From IMG/VR virus record IMGVR_UViG_3300027835_000013, positions 1-35,163 of that record: DNA of 35,163 nt, one strand, 5' to 3'. Shown here one piece after another: positions 15,503-25,120 of this stretch (positions are counted from its first letter, which is position 1; the number at the start of each line of letters is the position of its first letter). The position numbers were made by a program, and so were the translations under genes. The notes under the pieces are model-generated. The model saw only the letters and a program-made list of their open reading frames with translations. It was not told where the DNA came from and ran no database searches. The stretch is from a virus. Taxonomy: Duplodnaviria; Caudoviricetes.

Positions 15503-15542
15503 TTCAGGTGGAGGTGGGGTGAAAAGCCCCACCTCCTCTGAA
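15503..15542 (+). terminator. GC-rich hairpin after the capsid gene (terminator or mRNA stabiliser)
   Basis: GGAGGTGGGG (15510-15519) pairs with CCCCACCTCC (15527-15536), extendable by TTCAG/CTGAA. No U-tract on the + strand. Confidence 0.6.
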
Positions 15543-15592
15543 ACAATCTAACTTAACTCAGGGCAGGGGTGAAACTGTCGGGAAATTTTTGT

Positions 15593-15668
15593 TAGAGGCC
15601 ACGCTGACCGTAGATGAATTCGTATCTTCACTGAGCGAATCATCAATTACGTAAAGCAAAGTGGACTA
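15593..15668 (+). other. Long imperfect intergenic stem-loop
   Basis: Nested pairings TAG/CTA, CCAC/GTGG, GCT/AGC, CGTA/TACG, GATGA-TTCG/CGAATCATC, found by eye. Confidence 0.5.
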
Positions 15669-15694
15669 TCGAGAAAAGGAGCTACAATTACAAA

Positions 15695-16594
15695 ATGTCT
15701 ACTACTGACCCCACTCGGTACAAGGGTAAGAAAGTACCCGCATTTCCATACGACCAAAGCAATAAAAGTTCCTCTGTTCTAGTCCTTCCTATTATTGTTG
15801 CAGGCGAGATTGTCGGATACCTCCCTGCCAAAGCTATAGACAACGGAGATGGCACAGCAACATTGAAAGTTGATACAGAATTAACACTAGCCGCCGATAA
15901 TGTAACGGTTGGCAATATCAAAGTTGCCTCTACTGACCAATCTACAGCCAACGAAAAATTTATCAAGGTAAAGCCCGATGGAACGGTTTTTGTGACCCCC
16001 GACCTTCTGGCTGTTTTTGATACCAACGTAAAACAATGGGGCGGGACTATTCAGTCCGGTGCAGACCTAACTCCACTCTTTCAGCACCTTAATACAGACC
16101 TTTCCACCAGAGCATCCGAAGCAACTCTAGCAACTCGCGCTACTGAAGCTACACTCGCCTTAGTTAAATCTGACCTCGATGAAATTGCTTTAGATACAGA
16201 TAATCTTAATACCCCATTGAGTACAAGAGCCAGTGAGCTAACCCTATCAGGAATCAAGACCCAGACCGACAAGTTAACATTTGATGCAACTAGTTCGCTC
16301 CTTGTGCAAGAAGAACAAAAGAGCACAGGGACAGCCGTAGCGGTTCCTGTGACTAACACTATTGGGCCAGCGACCTTAATTCTCGCGGCCAATGCTAACA
16401 GACAGGAATACACGGTGGTTCACGAAGACCCAAGTGCTGTAGTCTACCTTGGTTTTGCTAACACAGTTACGACCTTAACGGGAATTCCGATTGTTGGAAA
16501 CCAGATGTACGGCTCAAACAAGTATACAGGAGCAATCTACGCTGTGGCGTCAGTTGCAGGCCCAATCAGCGTAAGAGTTGCAGAGGTCGCATAA
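15695..16594 (+). CDS. Fibre/decoration protein, paralog of 18123..19544
   Basis: Shared N-domain (G.IVG..PA.A.D.GDGT..LKVD.EL), LSTRASEATL repeats, C-terminal beta domain LILAANANR. Confidence 0.72.
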   Translation: MSTTDPTRYKGKKVPAFPYDQSNKSSSVLVLPIIVAGEIVGYLPAKAIDNGDGTATLKVDTELTLAADNVTVGNIKVASTDQSTANEKFIKVKPDGTVFVTPDLLAVFDTNVKQWGGTIQSGADLTPLFQHLNTDLSTRASEATLATRATEATLALVKSDLDEIALDTDNLNTPLSTRASELTLSGIKTQTDKLTFDATSSLLVQEEQKSTGTAVAVPVTNTIGPATLILAANANRQEYTVVHEDPSAVVYLGFANTVTTLTGIPIVGNQMYGSNKYTGAIYAVASVAGPISVRVAEVA

Positions 16595-16596
16595 AA

Positions 16597-17661
16597 ATGG
16601 CTGTACTTAGCTCCCCTCCTTCAAAATGGAAACTAAATGCCGACGGAGATATCCAGCCAAAGAGCCTAACAGCAAATCTTCGTATAGAAAAGGTAACTCC
16701 CTCTCTAATATTACGGGATATCTTTCAAGTTCTTCCTGATGGCTTGTGGAGAACTCGCCTCGATAATAGCAACATACTGTTCATTGAGAAGAATACTGCC
16801 GTCGCTGGAGACTTTAGTATCTTTGCATCCCCGATGTTTATGTCATCTACTGTTGTATCAGTCCAGGGCATCCTTGACCTTCTTCCTGGTGATGGGGGAA
16901 TCCCAGGACGAATCGCTTTTGATAGTTCTACTACTGAACTCTCGATTGACCCACACCAACTATATCGAAATGCAGTAGATGAGCGACTCCACTACAAAGT
17001 TGCAGTTGCGGATGACCGTTCCATAGCTTATCAAATTGACGACCTAAACCACCAAATATCAAATCCAGACCCCGCGTTTGAACTCCGAGAAACCGACCAG
17101 ATACTTCCCGCCGGACTTTGGAGAACCCGCTTGGGTGGCAATGCTTTTAAGGTCGAACGTAATACGGCCCCTGTGGGAGATTGGTCTTCCTTTCAGACGC
17201 CATTTGACCTGTCTTTCGACGGCATCCAATATATATTTGAACTTGGAGGACAGGTAGACGTTGGAACTAATCTTTTGCTATCTGGAGCGAGTTCCTATGT
17301 GTGGTTTGTGGGTACAGTTCCTACCCCAACGGTCAACAATACGTTGTTTAGAAGCTCTGCCGACACTCGGTTACACTTCCGCAACAACTCTGCTGTCAAT
17401 AAGACTCTAGCTTACCTTGACGAAGTTGCGGCAATCGCTAACTTTATCACGCGAGAAACACCTACGGGAACAGTGAATGGAGTGAATACTATATTTACTT
17501 TAGCCAATACCCCTGTGGTTGGAAGTGAATCTGTCTATCTTAACGGTGTCCAGCAAGACCCAGGTGGGGCAAACGACTATACAATCGCAGGAGCTACCAT
17601 TACGTTCAATGTTGCGCCCTTGACGGGAGAAAAAATCCGAGTGAGTTATATTAAGGCATAA
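16597..17661 (+). CDS. Fibre-like virion protein with internal duplication
   Basis: Two LP.GLWRTRL units, each followed by L.R...D.RLH...AY. C-terminal ETPTGTVNGVNTIFTLANTP...VYLNG...DYTI domain. Confidence 0.72.
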   Translation: MAVLSSPPSKWKLNADGDIQPKSLTANLRIEKVTPSLILRDIFQVLPDGLWRTRLDNSNILFIEKNTAVAGDFSIFASPMFMSSTVVSVQGILDLLPGDGGIPGRIAFDSSTTELSIDPHQLYRNAVDERLHYKVAVADDRSIAYQIDDLNHQISNPDPAFELRETDQILPAGLWRTRLGGNAFKVERNTAPVGDWSSFQTPFDLSFDGIQYIFELGGQVDVGTNLLLSGASSYVWFVGTVPTPTVNNTLFRSSADTRLHFRNNSAVNKTLAYLDEVAAIANFITRETPTGTVNGVNTIFTLANTPVVGSESVYLNGVQQDPGGANDYTIAGATITFNVAPLTGEKIRVSYIKA

Positions 17662-17683
17662 AATTGCTATCGAGAATACACAA

Positions 17684-17938
17684 ATGCCGAATACAAATAA
17701 AACTATACCACCAACGTCAGGTCTTGGCCTTCAACATCTTGGTCTGCCCCTTGTTTCGCGTCCGTCTAATGTAGTGATTCCAATTGTTAAGAATGGGCAG
17801 ATAGTTGGGTGGACATCTATTGATAAAAATAACCAAGTTGTTCCCGCTACTACCTCACTAACGCAATCCCCAATCTCAATAAAACCTTGCATTTTTTGTA
17901 GGGCAGTACGCACACTACAAAAAGTGTTCGCTAGATAA
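17684..17938 (+). CDS. Small protein resembling only the N-terminal module of the flanking fibre paralogs
   Basis: SNVVIPIVKNGQIVGW versus SVLVLPIIVAGEIVGY in 15695..16594. Confidence 0.55.
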   Translation: MPNTNKTIPPTSGLGLQHLGLPLVSRPSNVVIPIVKNGQIVGWTSIDKNNQVVPATTSLTQSPISIKPCIFCRAVRTLQKVFAR

Positions 17939-17958
17939 AATTCCTTAGAGAGACCCGA

Positions 17959-18138
17959 ATGATTTTATCTTATAACAAAAAGCGGGTACGACTTGGAAAC
18001 GTACATGGTAATCATGTGGATTTGGTTCTAAAGAAAGTCTGTTCGCTTCCCCATAATTGGTCACTATTGCCGATTCGTACAAAGATAAGATGGAAAATCT
18101 CACATCTTTTGAGGCATATTAAATGGTTAATAACATAA
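17959..18138 (+). CDS. 59-aa basic ORF below the ORF-track cut-off
   Basis: Translated by hand: MILSYNKKRVRLGNVHGNHVDLVLKKVCSLPHNWSLLPIRTKIRWKISHLLRHIKWLIT. Fills the gap between co-oriented genes. Confidence 0.4.
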   Translation: MILSYNKKRVRLGNVHGNHVDLVLKKVCSLPHNWSLLPIRTKIRWKISHLLRHIKWLIT

Positions 18139-19544
18139 GCGGAAAGAAACCTCCTGCTCTCCCCGTTGATGGTAATGGCCGCGCCCTTGCTGGCTTATGC
18201 CTTCCACTGGTGGACGGAACGGGTCATATTATTGGATGGGCACCCGCCGGAGCGGTAGACCAAGGTGACGGAACGCTTGTTCTTAAGGTGGATGCTGAAC
18301 TAGCAGTAGATAATGCGAACTTCACATTCAATAATCTTAAGGTAGGGTCTATCGACCAGACGGCGGCGAATTCTCGATACCTTAAAACTGATGCGGATGG
18401 AACTGTCCATGTTACTGTAGTTGGCACACCTACTGCTGATACGAACATAATCAAGTGGGGTGGTACAGTTTTAACTGGTGCGAACATTACGCCCAATATC
18501 CTTAATCTCGATGTTGCCCTTTCGACTCGCGCTACTGAAGCTACACTTGCATCAGTAAAAACTGACTTAGATTCTATTCTTGCTCGGTTAGACGTAGCTC
18601 TTTCGACGAGGGCGACTGAGGCAACATTAGGGTTGGTTAAAACCGACCTGGATGATGTCAAAACTAAGCTTGATACACTGAACGCCAAAGATTTCTCGAC
18701 CCAGACAACTCTTGCCCAGGTAAAGACCGACCTTGATAGTATACTCGCTCAATTGAATGTAACCTTGTCAACTAGAGCATCGGAGTCAACGCTTGGTGCA
18801 GTAAAATCAGACCTTGACGACATTAAAACAAAACTTGACACGCTCAATGCGAAAGACTTTGCTACACAAACGACATTATTGAGTCTTAACTCCAAAGATT
18901 TTGCAACACAGACCACCCTTGCTGGCATTAAGACTCAGACCGATAAATTAACCTTTGCTGGTATTCGATTGCTCGTTGATGGAAGCGGAGTAACACAACC
19001 AATTTCAGCCGTCTCATTACCACTCCCGACGGGGGCGGCAACTGAGACTACATTAACTTCGGTAAAAACAGACCTAGACGAAATTGCGCTAGACACTGAT
19101 AATCTGTCGCTGATTAAGGTAAAGACAGATAACTTAGATATAGCATTATCGACTCGGCTAGCAGATGCAACATTTACGGGAAGAATCAATACCCAAGGGC
19201 AAAAAACAATGGCGGCGTCAACGCCAGTGGTACTTGCCTCAGACCAATCTGCGATTTCTGTTAGTGTTGCAAACGCTACTGCGTCATCTGTAACCGTCGT
19301 GGCACGTAGCGCATCCTCTGTAACTTTACTTGCATCAAATAGTAGTCGTCGTGGCGCGATTATCCACAATGATGCATCAACCGATTTGTTTGTGAAGCTC
19401 GGTGCAACGGCATCTACGTCAAGTTTTACAACTAGATTGGGAGCGCAAGATAGTTATGAAGTGCCATTCCGCTATTCGGGAATTATTGATGGTATATGGG
19501 CATCCGCAGGTGCGGGAGATGCTAAGATTACGGAGTTGACATAA
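18123..19544 (+). CDS. Long fibre/decoration protein with segmented coiled-coil repeats
   Basis: Repeats LDVALSTRATEATL..VKTDLD and LNAKDFATQTTL. C-terminal LLASNSSRRGAIIHN beta domain. Confidence 0.75.
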   Translation: MVNNISGKKPPALPVDGNGRALAGLCLPLVDGTGHIIGWAPAGAVDQGDGTLVLKVDAELAVDNANFTFNNLKVGSIDQTAANSRYLKTDADGTVHVTVVGTPTADTNIIKWGGTVLTGANITPNILNLDVALSTRATEATLASVKTDLDSILARLDVALSTRATEATLGLVKTDLDDVKTKLDTLNAKDFSTQTTLAQVKTDLDSILAQLNVTLSTRASESTLGAVKSDLDDIKTKLDTLNAKDFATQTTLLSLNSKDFATQTTLAGIKTQTDKLTFAGIRLLVDGSGVTQPISAVSLPLPTGAATETTLTSVKTDLDEIALDTDNLSLIKVKTDNLDIALSTRLADATFTGRINTQGQKTMAASTPVVLASDQSAISVSVANATASSVTVVARSASSVTLLASNSSRRGAIIHNDASTDLFVKLGATASTSSFTTRLGAQDSYEVPFRYSGIIDGIWASAGAGDAKITELT

Positions 19545-20659
19545 TGGCTATCTCAAAGAGTTCAAATTCAGCAGGAAGAACACCGACAGACGGAAGTGGA
19601 GTAACGCAACCTATTTCGGCTGTGTCATTACCGCTTCCCACAGGCGCGTCCACCGAAGGAACTCTTGCTCTTGTCAAGGCTGACCTGGAAGGTACAGTTT
19701 CATCTGGAAACTCCTCGACAACACCACTTGGGGTAGGCGCAACATACACAGGCACATTTGACGATGTAACAAATTATGCCTTTATGACGATTTCTGTATT
19801 CTCAGACCAGGCTTCTGCGACAGGTGGACTTACATTTCAATTTTCGAGTGATGGGGTTAATGTAGATGTGTCAGAATCGTCCGATGTTACTGCGAGTTCA
19901 GGGCGGGGATTTGCGATTACGCCGAGGTCGCGCTTCTTCCGCATCGTGTATGTAAACGGTGCGGTAGCACAAACGGCATTTCGCCTATCAGTGGTATATC
20001 ACCGGGCGGGAACGGGCTTGATTACCAAACCGCTTAGTGATTCGATAAATGATAGTAATTTCGCTCAGACAGTTCGGGGCGTCCTTGCCGGAAAGATACC
20101 TGCTGGAACATATAGCAATATTACAGCCGCCGTAGTAGGAGCCTCTCGCGCTCTAGATGTTAATGTGGTACAAAATGTATCTGCTACGGGTGCTCGTACC
20201 GACTTAGGGCAAGTATTTAGCTTGGCAGTAGATGTCAGTCTTGCAACATCTGGAGTGCGCAATCCTGCTATTCTACTCAAGAATCCAACGGGGAGCGGTA
20301 AGAGAATCAGAATTGTTCGCTTAAATGTTCATGCTACAGCCGCCGATAGTGGTATTATATGGAGGCTTTTTGTTGACCCCACGATAACCATAAATGGGAC
20401 GACTCAGACCCCTGTAAATCTCAATATAGGTGGCGGCTCTAATCCCGCTACGGTAGTTACTATCTTTACACTTCCAACTGTATCGGCAAACGGGACTAGA
20501 TTTTTTGGGTATTTGTCTGGACAGAATTCAAATAGTACCGAGATTGTGGGAGATGCGATTGTGGTTCTAAATCCAAACCATAATCTCTTGATTACAGGTG
20601 AACCAACCATCAACGCTCAAAACTCCGTGATTACACTTTATTGGGAGGAGGTAGTATAA
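19544..20659 (+). CDS. Beta-rich fibre/decoration protein
   Basis: Shares DGSGVTQPISAVSLPLPTGA with the upstream gene. Has NSSTTPLG...TYTG and two apparent beta-sandwich domains. Confidence 0.7.
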   Translation: MAISKSSNSAGRTPTDGSGVTQPISAVSLPLPTGASTEGTLALVKADLEGTVSSGNSSTTPLGVGATYTGTFDDVTNYAFMTISVFSDQASATGGLTFQFSSDGVNVDVSESSDVTASSGRGFAITPRSRFFRIVYVNGAVAQTAFRLSVVYHRAGTGLITKPLSDSINDSNFAQTVRGVLAGKIPAGTYSNITAAVVGASRALDVNVVQNVSATGARTDLGQVFSLAVDVSLATSGVRNPAILLKNPTGSGKRIRIVRLNVHATAADSGIIWRLFVDPTITINGTTQTPVNLNIGGGSNPATVVTIFTLPTVSANGTRFFGYLSGQNSNSTEIVGDAIVVLNPNHNLLITGEPTINAQNSVITLYWEEVV

Positions 20660-21021
20660 TGTCGCTCACCAACTTCACCGCCCAACTTTATGTCGAGAGC
20701 CTTTTGGTACAAGTTCCTGTGGGAAAATCTACTGTAACAATAGACAAGACGTTCAGTTTTGGGACGAAGCCAGCAGGGGCAATCTTGATTACGTCCGATT
20801 GTAAGTATGGAGACGTAGGCACATTGACTATAGAACATCCTATTGCGGGAACAGTCGGGCAGTTGGGAACTGTCCATCTCCCAGAAGGTAATAGAGAAAT
20901 TTCAGTCTACACAGAAAGCCCAAATGTCGAAGTCCCGCCAGGGCTTATATATAGATTGGTTATAACAACAGTAGACACTTTTGGTCGTAATATTATAATC
21001 TGGTTGTTGGTAAAAAAGTAA
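20659..21021 (+). CDS. Small beta-rich virion-associated protein
   Basis: TAATG coupling and SD GGAGGAGG support ATG 20659. Confidence 0.65.
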   Translation: MSLTNFTAQLYVESLLVQVPVGKSTVTIDKTFSFGTKPAGAILITSDCKYGDVGTLTIEHPIAGTVGQLGTVHLPEGNREISVYTESPNVEVPPGLIYRLVITTVDTFGRNIIIWLLVKK

Positions 21022-21034
21022 AGGGAGATAGCTA

Positions 21035-21937
21035 ATGGCTTTGAGCTATCATTATTGTACCGAAGCAGACGTTCGCTCCAAAATTTTGGGGCTTGATGTG
21101 AGTGATATTCCATCTACACTTTTTCAACACCTCAATGACCGCTACATCCCTTTTGCTCAACGGGAAGTGGATAGTTTCTGCGCTACAAATTTCGATGTTA
21201 CGACGGTAGAAGAATTTTATGACGGAACTGGTAGCGCACTATTGAATCTTCGCCACCGCCCCGTCAGAGAAGTTTTGAACGTGACGTTGAACATTATTCC
21301 ATCGGCAATCTGGTATCAGTTCAAAAGATGGTACTACACCGCCGTAACAGATTCCCTTGGCATAAGAGTTGCAAGGCAGGGTGGGATTGAGCCTATCAAT
21401 GCGGCTCTGACCACCTCAACTATTCCGCAGGACATCTCATACGTCTATGACCCTGGCCTTGGTTTCACAAATCAAGATGCTAACCCTGCAAATCGGACAG
21501 CTTCATTCACGGATACAGTTCAACAGTATGGCCGTTCAGACTTGTTTGTGAACACTAGACTTGGAACTTTGACAATCCCTCCCCGAATCCTGTTTATGGA
21601 ATCGCAAGGGGTTCCGTTTTGGAATTATACATGGATACGGTCTGTCCAAAATGTGCGTGTGCGGTATATTTATGGTTATTCGAGTCCTACTCAGCCCGAT
21701 GCGTTAATTGGGACTGATAAAGGTAATCTTCCTCCTGAGATAACCGATGCTACAGCGGCCCTCACCGCCAAATATTTACTCATAGATAAAGGAATTTTTA
21801 TGAGTTCTGGAACAACGAGCATATCAGCAGAGGGCATAAACAAAAATTATGGAGAGATGCCCTATGCGGGCCTGATAAAATACCTCGAAGAATCGGCTAA
21901 ACGTACATTGACACGGTACAAAAGGTTGGGGGTCTAA
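21035..21937 (+). CDS. Head-tail adaptor/connector-like protein with insertion
   Basis: YCTEADVR start, AQREVDSFC..NF, E.YDG.G...L.LRHRPV, VRVRYIYGY, LPPEITDA, C-terminal L.RYKR. Confidence 0.72.
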   Translation: MALSYHYCTEADVRSKILGLDVSDIPSTLFQHLNDRYIPFAQREVDSFCATNFDVTTVEEFYDGTGSALLNLRHRPVREVLNVTLNIIPSAIWYQFKRWYYTAVTDSLGIRVARQGGIEPINAALTTSTIPQDISYVYDPGLGFTNQDANPANRTASFTDTVQQYGRSDLFVNTRLGTLTIPPRILFMESQGVPFWNYTWIRSVQNVRVRYIYGYSSPTQPDALIGTDKGNLPPEITDATAALTAKYLLIDKGIFMSSGTTSISAEGINKNYGEMPYAGLIKYLEESAKRTLTRYKRLGV

Positions 21938-21939
21938 TA

Positions 21940-22215
21940 ATGAAACAGGTTACGCGCTTTGAGATGAACGGAGATATTCTTACCCTCCACTTCCGCGATG
22001 ACTCAGACCCAAACACTGATTCTTACAGTATAAATGTAAATTGGAAAATCAACATAGAAGTTCAAAAAGTTATCTGTGCGGCCATTCGGGTTGTTGCTAC
22101 CTATCTTCTGACCGAGAATAAAAACCTAAAGGATATACACCAAGACGAATTAGAATACTTGTTCCAACAACTTCTTAAGGGGCCACTTCCTCCAGAGCCA
22201 CCTTCAGGATACTAA
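21940..22215 (+). CDS. Hypothetical protein
   Basis: Tightly packed between neck genes. Confidence 0.6.
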   Translation: MKQVTRFEMNGDILTLHFRDDSDPNTDSYSINVNWKINIEVQKVICAAIRVVATYLLTENKNLKDIHQDELEYLFQQLLKGPLPPEPPSGY

Positions 22216-22911
22216 ATGGCAACCAACACAAAGACCATCACGGCGGTAACTAAAATTCTTGCTACGCTGACGAAGGTAATATCGTCAAACTCGCATATCA
22301 CCTCTACTGGAACCTCACTTCTTCCAAAATGTTCAGAGGGGCTTTTATCCTCACTCGCCGTCGAAATTATTGATGAAGATTTATCCTTGAAGGTCACTGG
22401 TGGTACAGTCTATCTCTTCCGAAACCAAAATCTCCTCGAAATTCCAAAGGTCAGGATACGGTCTATTGACCCCACTACGGGAATTGAGACCCCACTTTAT
22501 GAAGCTATTGACTACACTATCAATCATGTCGCAGGAGAATTGACCCTCACTGTAGCAACAGCCAACACTATCCGAGTCGAATATTTTTACAAGCCTTTGA
22601 CGGATAAGACTATTGATACGCTTTTGGAACAGTCTATCACTGAGATTTCTGTCGAGATTCACCGCCCTATAAATCATCAAAGTATTCCATCCGAGTACCA
22701 ACCTGCTATATGCCGTCGCCTAACTACAAATGTACTGAAGACTCTCCAGGTTGAAACTAGGGATTTCTTTGCCATCTCGATAGCAGGGCGCAGTATTTCC
22801 AAAGACCAAGTGCCAACTCATTTCGATCTTCTGATGAAAGACAATGAGACAACTTTGCGGTATATGATTACACAATTGAGACACTTTAACAATACGGCAA
22901 GGCTGGAATAA
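22216..22911 (+). CDS. Second neck/adaptor-like protein with inserted beta domain
   Basis: Position. DYTINHVAGELTL...IRVEYFY domain followed by a helical adaptor-like region and SISK.QV..HF. Confidence 0.5.
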   Translation: MATNTKTITAVTKILATLTKVISSNSHITSTGTSLLPKCSEGLLSSLAVEIIDEDLSLKVTGGTVYLFRNQNLLEIPKVRIRSIDPTTGIETPLYEAIDYTINHVAGELTLTVATANTIRVEYFYKPLTDKTIDTLLEQSITEISVEIHRPINHQSIPSEYQPAICRRLTTNVLKTLQVETRDFFAISIAGRSISKDQVPTHFDLLMKDNETTLRYMITQLRHFNNTARLE

Positions 22912-22912
22912 A

Positions 22913-23326
22913 ATGCCGCGCTCCCGTAACGTCGATAGGTCACAAATCAAACGAATGAATGATGAGGGACGACTCGAAATTGGAGAGGCGGTCATGCTTA
23001 AGCTTGTTGATTCGGCCAATGCTGGAAATCCCGCAAGGGGAGTCGGGCGCACCTATACTTTTAAATTTGTCCCCACTCGCGCTATTATTGAACAAGTTGA
23101 CCAGAACGATGTCTTAAACTCCGGCGGGATTTATCAAACGGGAGACATCAAGATACAACTCAACGAAAAACTCCGAGAGGTTATTGATAAAGTAGGTAAT
23201 ATTGGAGATAGGGTTGTATGGCAAAAATCAGAATACCGCGTGGTTGGTAAACGTCACCCAAATACCTTAACTGGTGATACCTTCTTGTACTCATATGTTG
23301 TTCGTAAAGTTGATGAGCAATCCTAA
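22913..23326 (+). CDS. Head-closure (stopper)-like protein
   Basis: Size, position and motifs G..QTGDIKI, GDRVVW...EYRVV. Confidence 0.62.
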   Translation: MPRSRNVDRSQIKRMNDEGRLEIGEAVMLKLVDSANAGNPARGVGRTYTFKFVPTRAIIEQVDQNDVLNSGGIYQTGDIKIQLNEKLREVIDKVGNIGDRVVWQKSEYRVVGKRHPNTLTGDTFLYSYVVRKVDEQS

Positions 23327-23889
23327 TGGCCGTTACTTCCGTTGATAGACCAGGAGAATTTTTCAAACTAACAATTACATTGGAAAACACACCTGAAGAA
23401 ATTGAGAGACTAGCAAATCGTGGCGAAGCTTTTGACCGAGAGCTTAAAATAGCCTTCACAAATTTTATATTTGAAGTCCATAAATATTTGCTTCGCGTTA
23501 CGCCAATTGATACGGGGGAACTTCGTGGGGGATGGTTAGCCTATTTAGATGCTCATAGCATAGACTATTCCCGACAGGTAACAGATACGTCTATTGCAGA
23601 AAAAGCCCCAGGACGAGAGTACCATATAACTCCAGATGGTATACAGCTTGGTCGAGGTTTCTCACAATATGAGGTCCCTATTCCTACAGATGTAACGATT
23701 GTCAACAGTGTCCCTCACGGTATCTATTTGGAAGATGGAACATCGAAAATTCCCGCCCGAAATTTTGTGGGGCTGACGCGGTATAAAGCGGAATTTCTGT
23801 ATGAAAAGCTAATGAAAGACTGGCTATCAAAAATTGAAGGGGTCAATGAGATTGTTCCAGCCGACGCACCTCCAGAAATCCAGGTATAA
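23326..23889 (+). CDS. HK97 gp10-like neck/tail-completion protein
   Basis: TPIDTGELRGGW and N.VPHGIYLEDGTSKIPARNFV. Confidence 0.8.
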   Translation: MAVTSVDRPGEFFKLTITLENTPEEIERLANRGEAFDRELKIAFTNFIFEVHKYLLRVTPIDTGELRGGWLAYLDAHSIDYSRQVTDTSIAEKAPGREYHITPDGIQLGRGFSQYEVPIPTDVTIVNSVPHGIYLEDGTSKIPARNFVGLTRYKAEFLYEKLMKDWLSKIEGVNEIVPADAPPEIQV

Positions 23890-23891
23890 CA

Positions 23892-24509
23892 ATGCCTATT
23901 CCAAGTGGATTCGTCCCAAAAGCGGGCAAGCAACAACTTATGGCAAGCTTCAATAACTTTCTAGTCTCACAACTAGATGGTGGAGAAGTCCATGATGGTG
24001 CGGCCACATCTTTGCCTCTTGGTAAGACATTTTGGTGGCTGTTTGGATATCCACTTACCACTTTAATGTTTCCATCTATATCAGTAGTTGAGGTTGGATT
24101 ATTTAACAAAGGCGAATTCGCAATAGGAAGATTGTTGGGGTTCGAGTCTGACGGGACTCCAATCAAAGGTACAAGAAATCAGACGTTAGTAGAAATAAAC
24201 TGTTGGGCTAAAGATACAGATACAAAAGCCGACGCAGAAAAAGTAGTACGAGAGCTACGCGACAGAATTATCTTTGCGCTGACAAATGCAGGGCAATTTG
24301 ATGAAACAACAAATGGTTTGCTCATCCCTCCGATAGAACTAAAGAACTACAATGTGATAGGCAATCCAAAAGTGGGTCTCATCAATATTGACCCTTCAGA
24401 TAACGCAATCAATGAAAAATTCATCGTGGATAGCGTCGATGCAAATATCAAGAGATACAAACTGCTCGTTAGGATTTTCTGGTTCGAGCTATCCGAACCA
24501 TTACCATAA
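23892..24509 (+). CDS. Tail terminator/completion protein
   Basis: FPSISVVE, VEINCWA..., position just before the tail tube gene. Confidence 0.62.
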   Translation: MPIPSGFVPKAGKQQLMASFNNFLVSQLDGGEVHDGAATSLPLGKTFWWLFGYPLTTLMFPSISVVEVGLFNKGEFAIGRLLGFESDGTPIKGTRNQTLVEINCWAKDTDTKADAEKVVRELRDRIIFALTNAGQFDETTNGLLIPPIELKNYNVIGNPKVGLINIDPSDNAINEKFIVDSVDANIKRYKLLVRIFWFELSEPLP

Positions 24510-25108
24510 TGGTGTACATCTATGCTCTCATAGACCCAAGAACAAAATTAGTCAGGTATGTTGGGCAGACCAGTAACTTAAAGGAACGATATTATCAACA
24601 TTGTTCGTCCACAACCTTACGAAAAACGTATGTAGGATGTTGGTTAAAAAGTTTGTGGAGATTAGAAATAAAACCTATCCTCGAAGTCCTATCCGTTGAG
24701 ACAGAAGAAACGTGGAAACAGGGTGAAAAATTTTGGATTGCTTATTTTCGACGATTAGGTTGCTCTCTAACAAATCTTACAGATGGTGGAGATGGGACAA
24801 GAGGAATAGTGCGGAGTTCTGAATTTCGTGAAAAGATTAGACAGGCAAATTTAGGAAAGAGACATACGGCAAAAACAAAAAAGAAAATGAGTGAAAATCG
24901 AATGGGACATCCCGTTTCCCAAAAGGTAATAGACAGGGCGCACAATCTAAATTTAGGAAAGGTTTTCTCGCTAAAAACGAGAGAAAAAATGCGTTTGGCC
25001 CATATTGGAAAAGCGTTGTCCTCCGAGACGCGAAAACATTTGAGCGAAGCCATTAGAGAAAGTTGGAAAATAAGAAAAACTAAACAACTACAACTAGTTG
25101 TTCGATAA
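24509..25108 (+). CDS. Free-standing GIY-YIG homing endonuclease with NUMOD3-type repeats
   Basis: YIYALIDPR..VRYVGQT....R...H, E..WI, LTNLTDGGDG, then repeats such as HTAKTKKKMSE and SSETRKHLSEA. Visibly more A-rich than its neighbours. Confidence 0.88.
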   Translation: MVYIYALIDPRTKLVRYVGQTSNLKERYYQHCSSTTLRKTYVGCWLKSLWRLEIKPILEVLSVETEETWKQGEKFWIAYFRRLGCSLTNLTDGGDGTRGIVRSSEFREKIRQANLGKRHTAKTKKKMSENRMGHPVSQKVIDRAHNLNLGKVFSLKTREKMRLAHIGKALSSETRKHLSEAIRESWKIRKTKQLQLVVR

Positions 25109-25120
25109 GGAGATATAACA

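Noticed and set aside
18505-19170. CRISPR-like or DNA tandem array
   Set aside because: The repeats are degenerate at third codon positions and in frame, so they are protein repeats.
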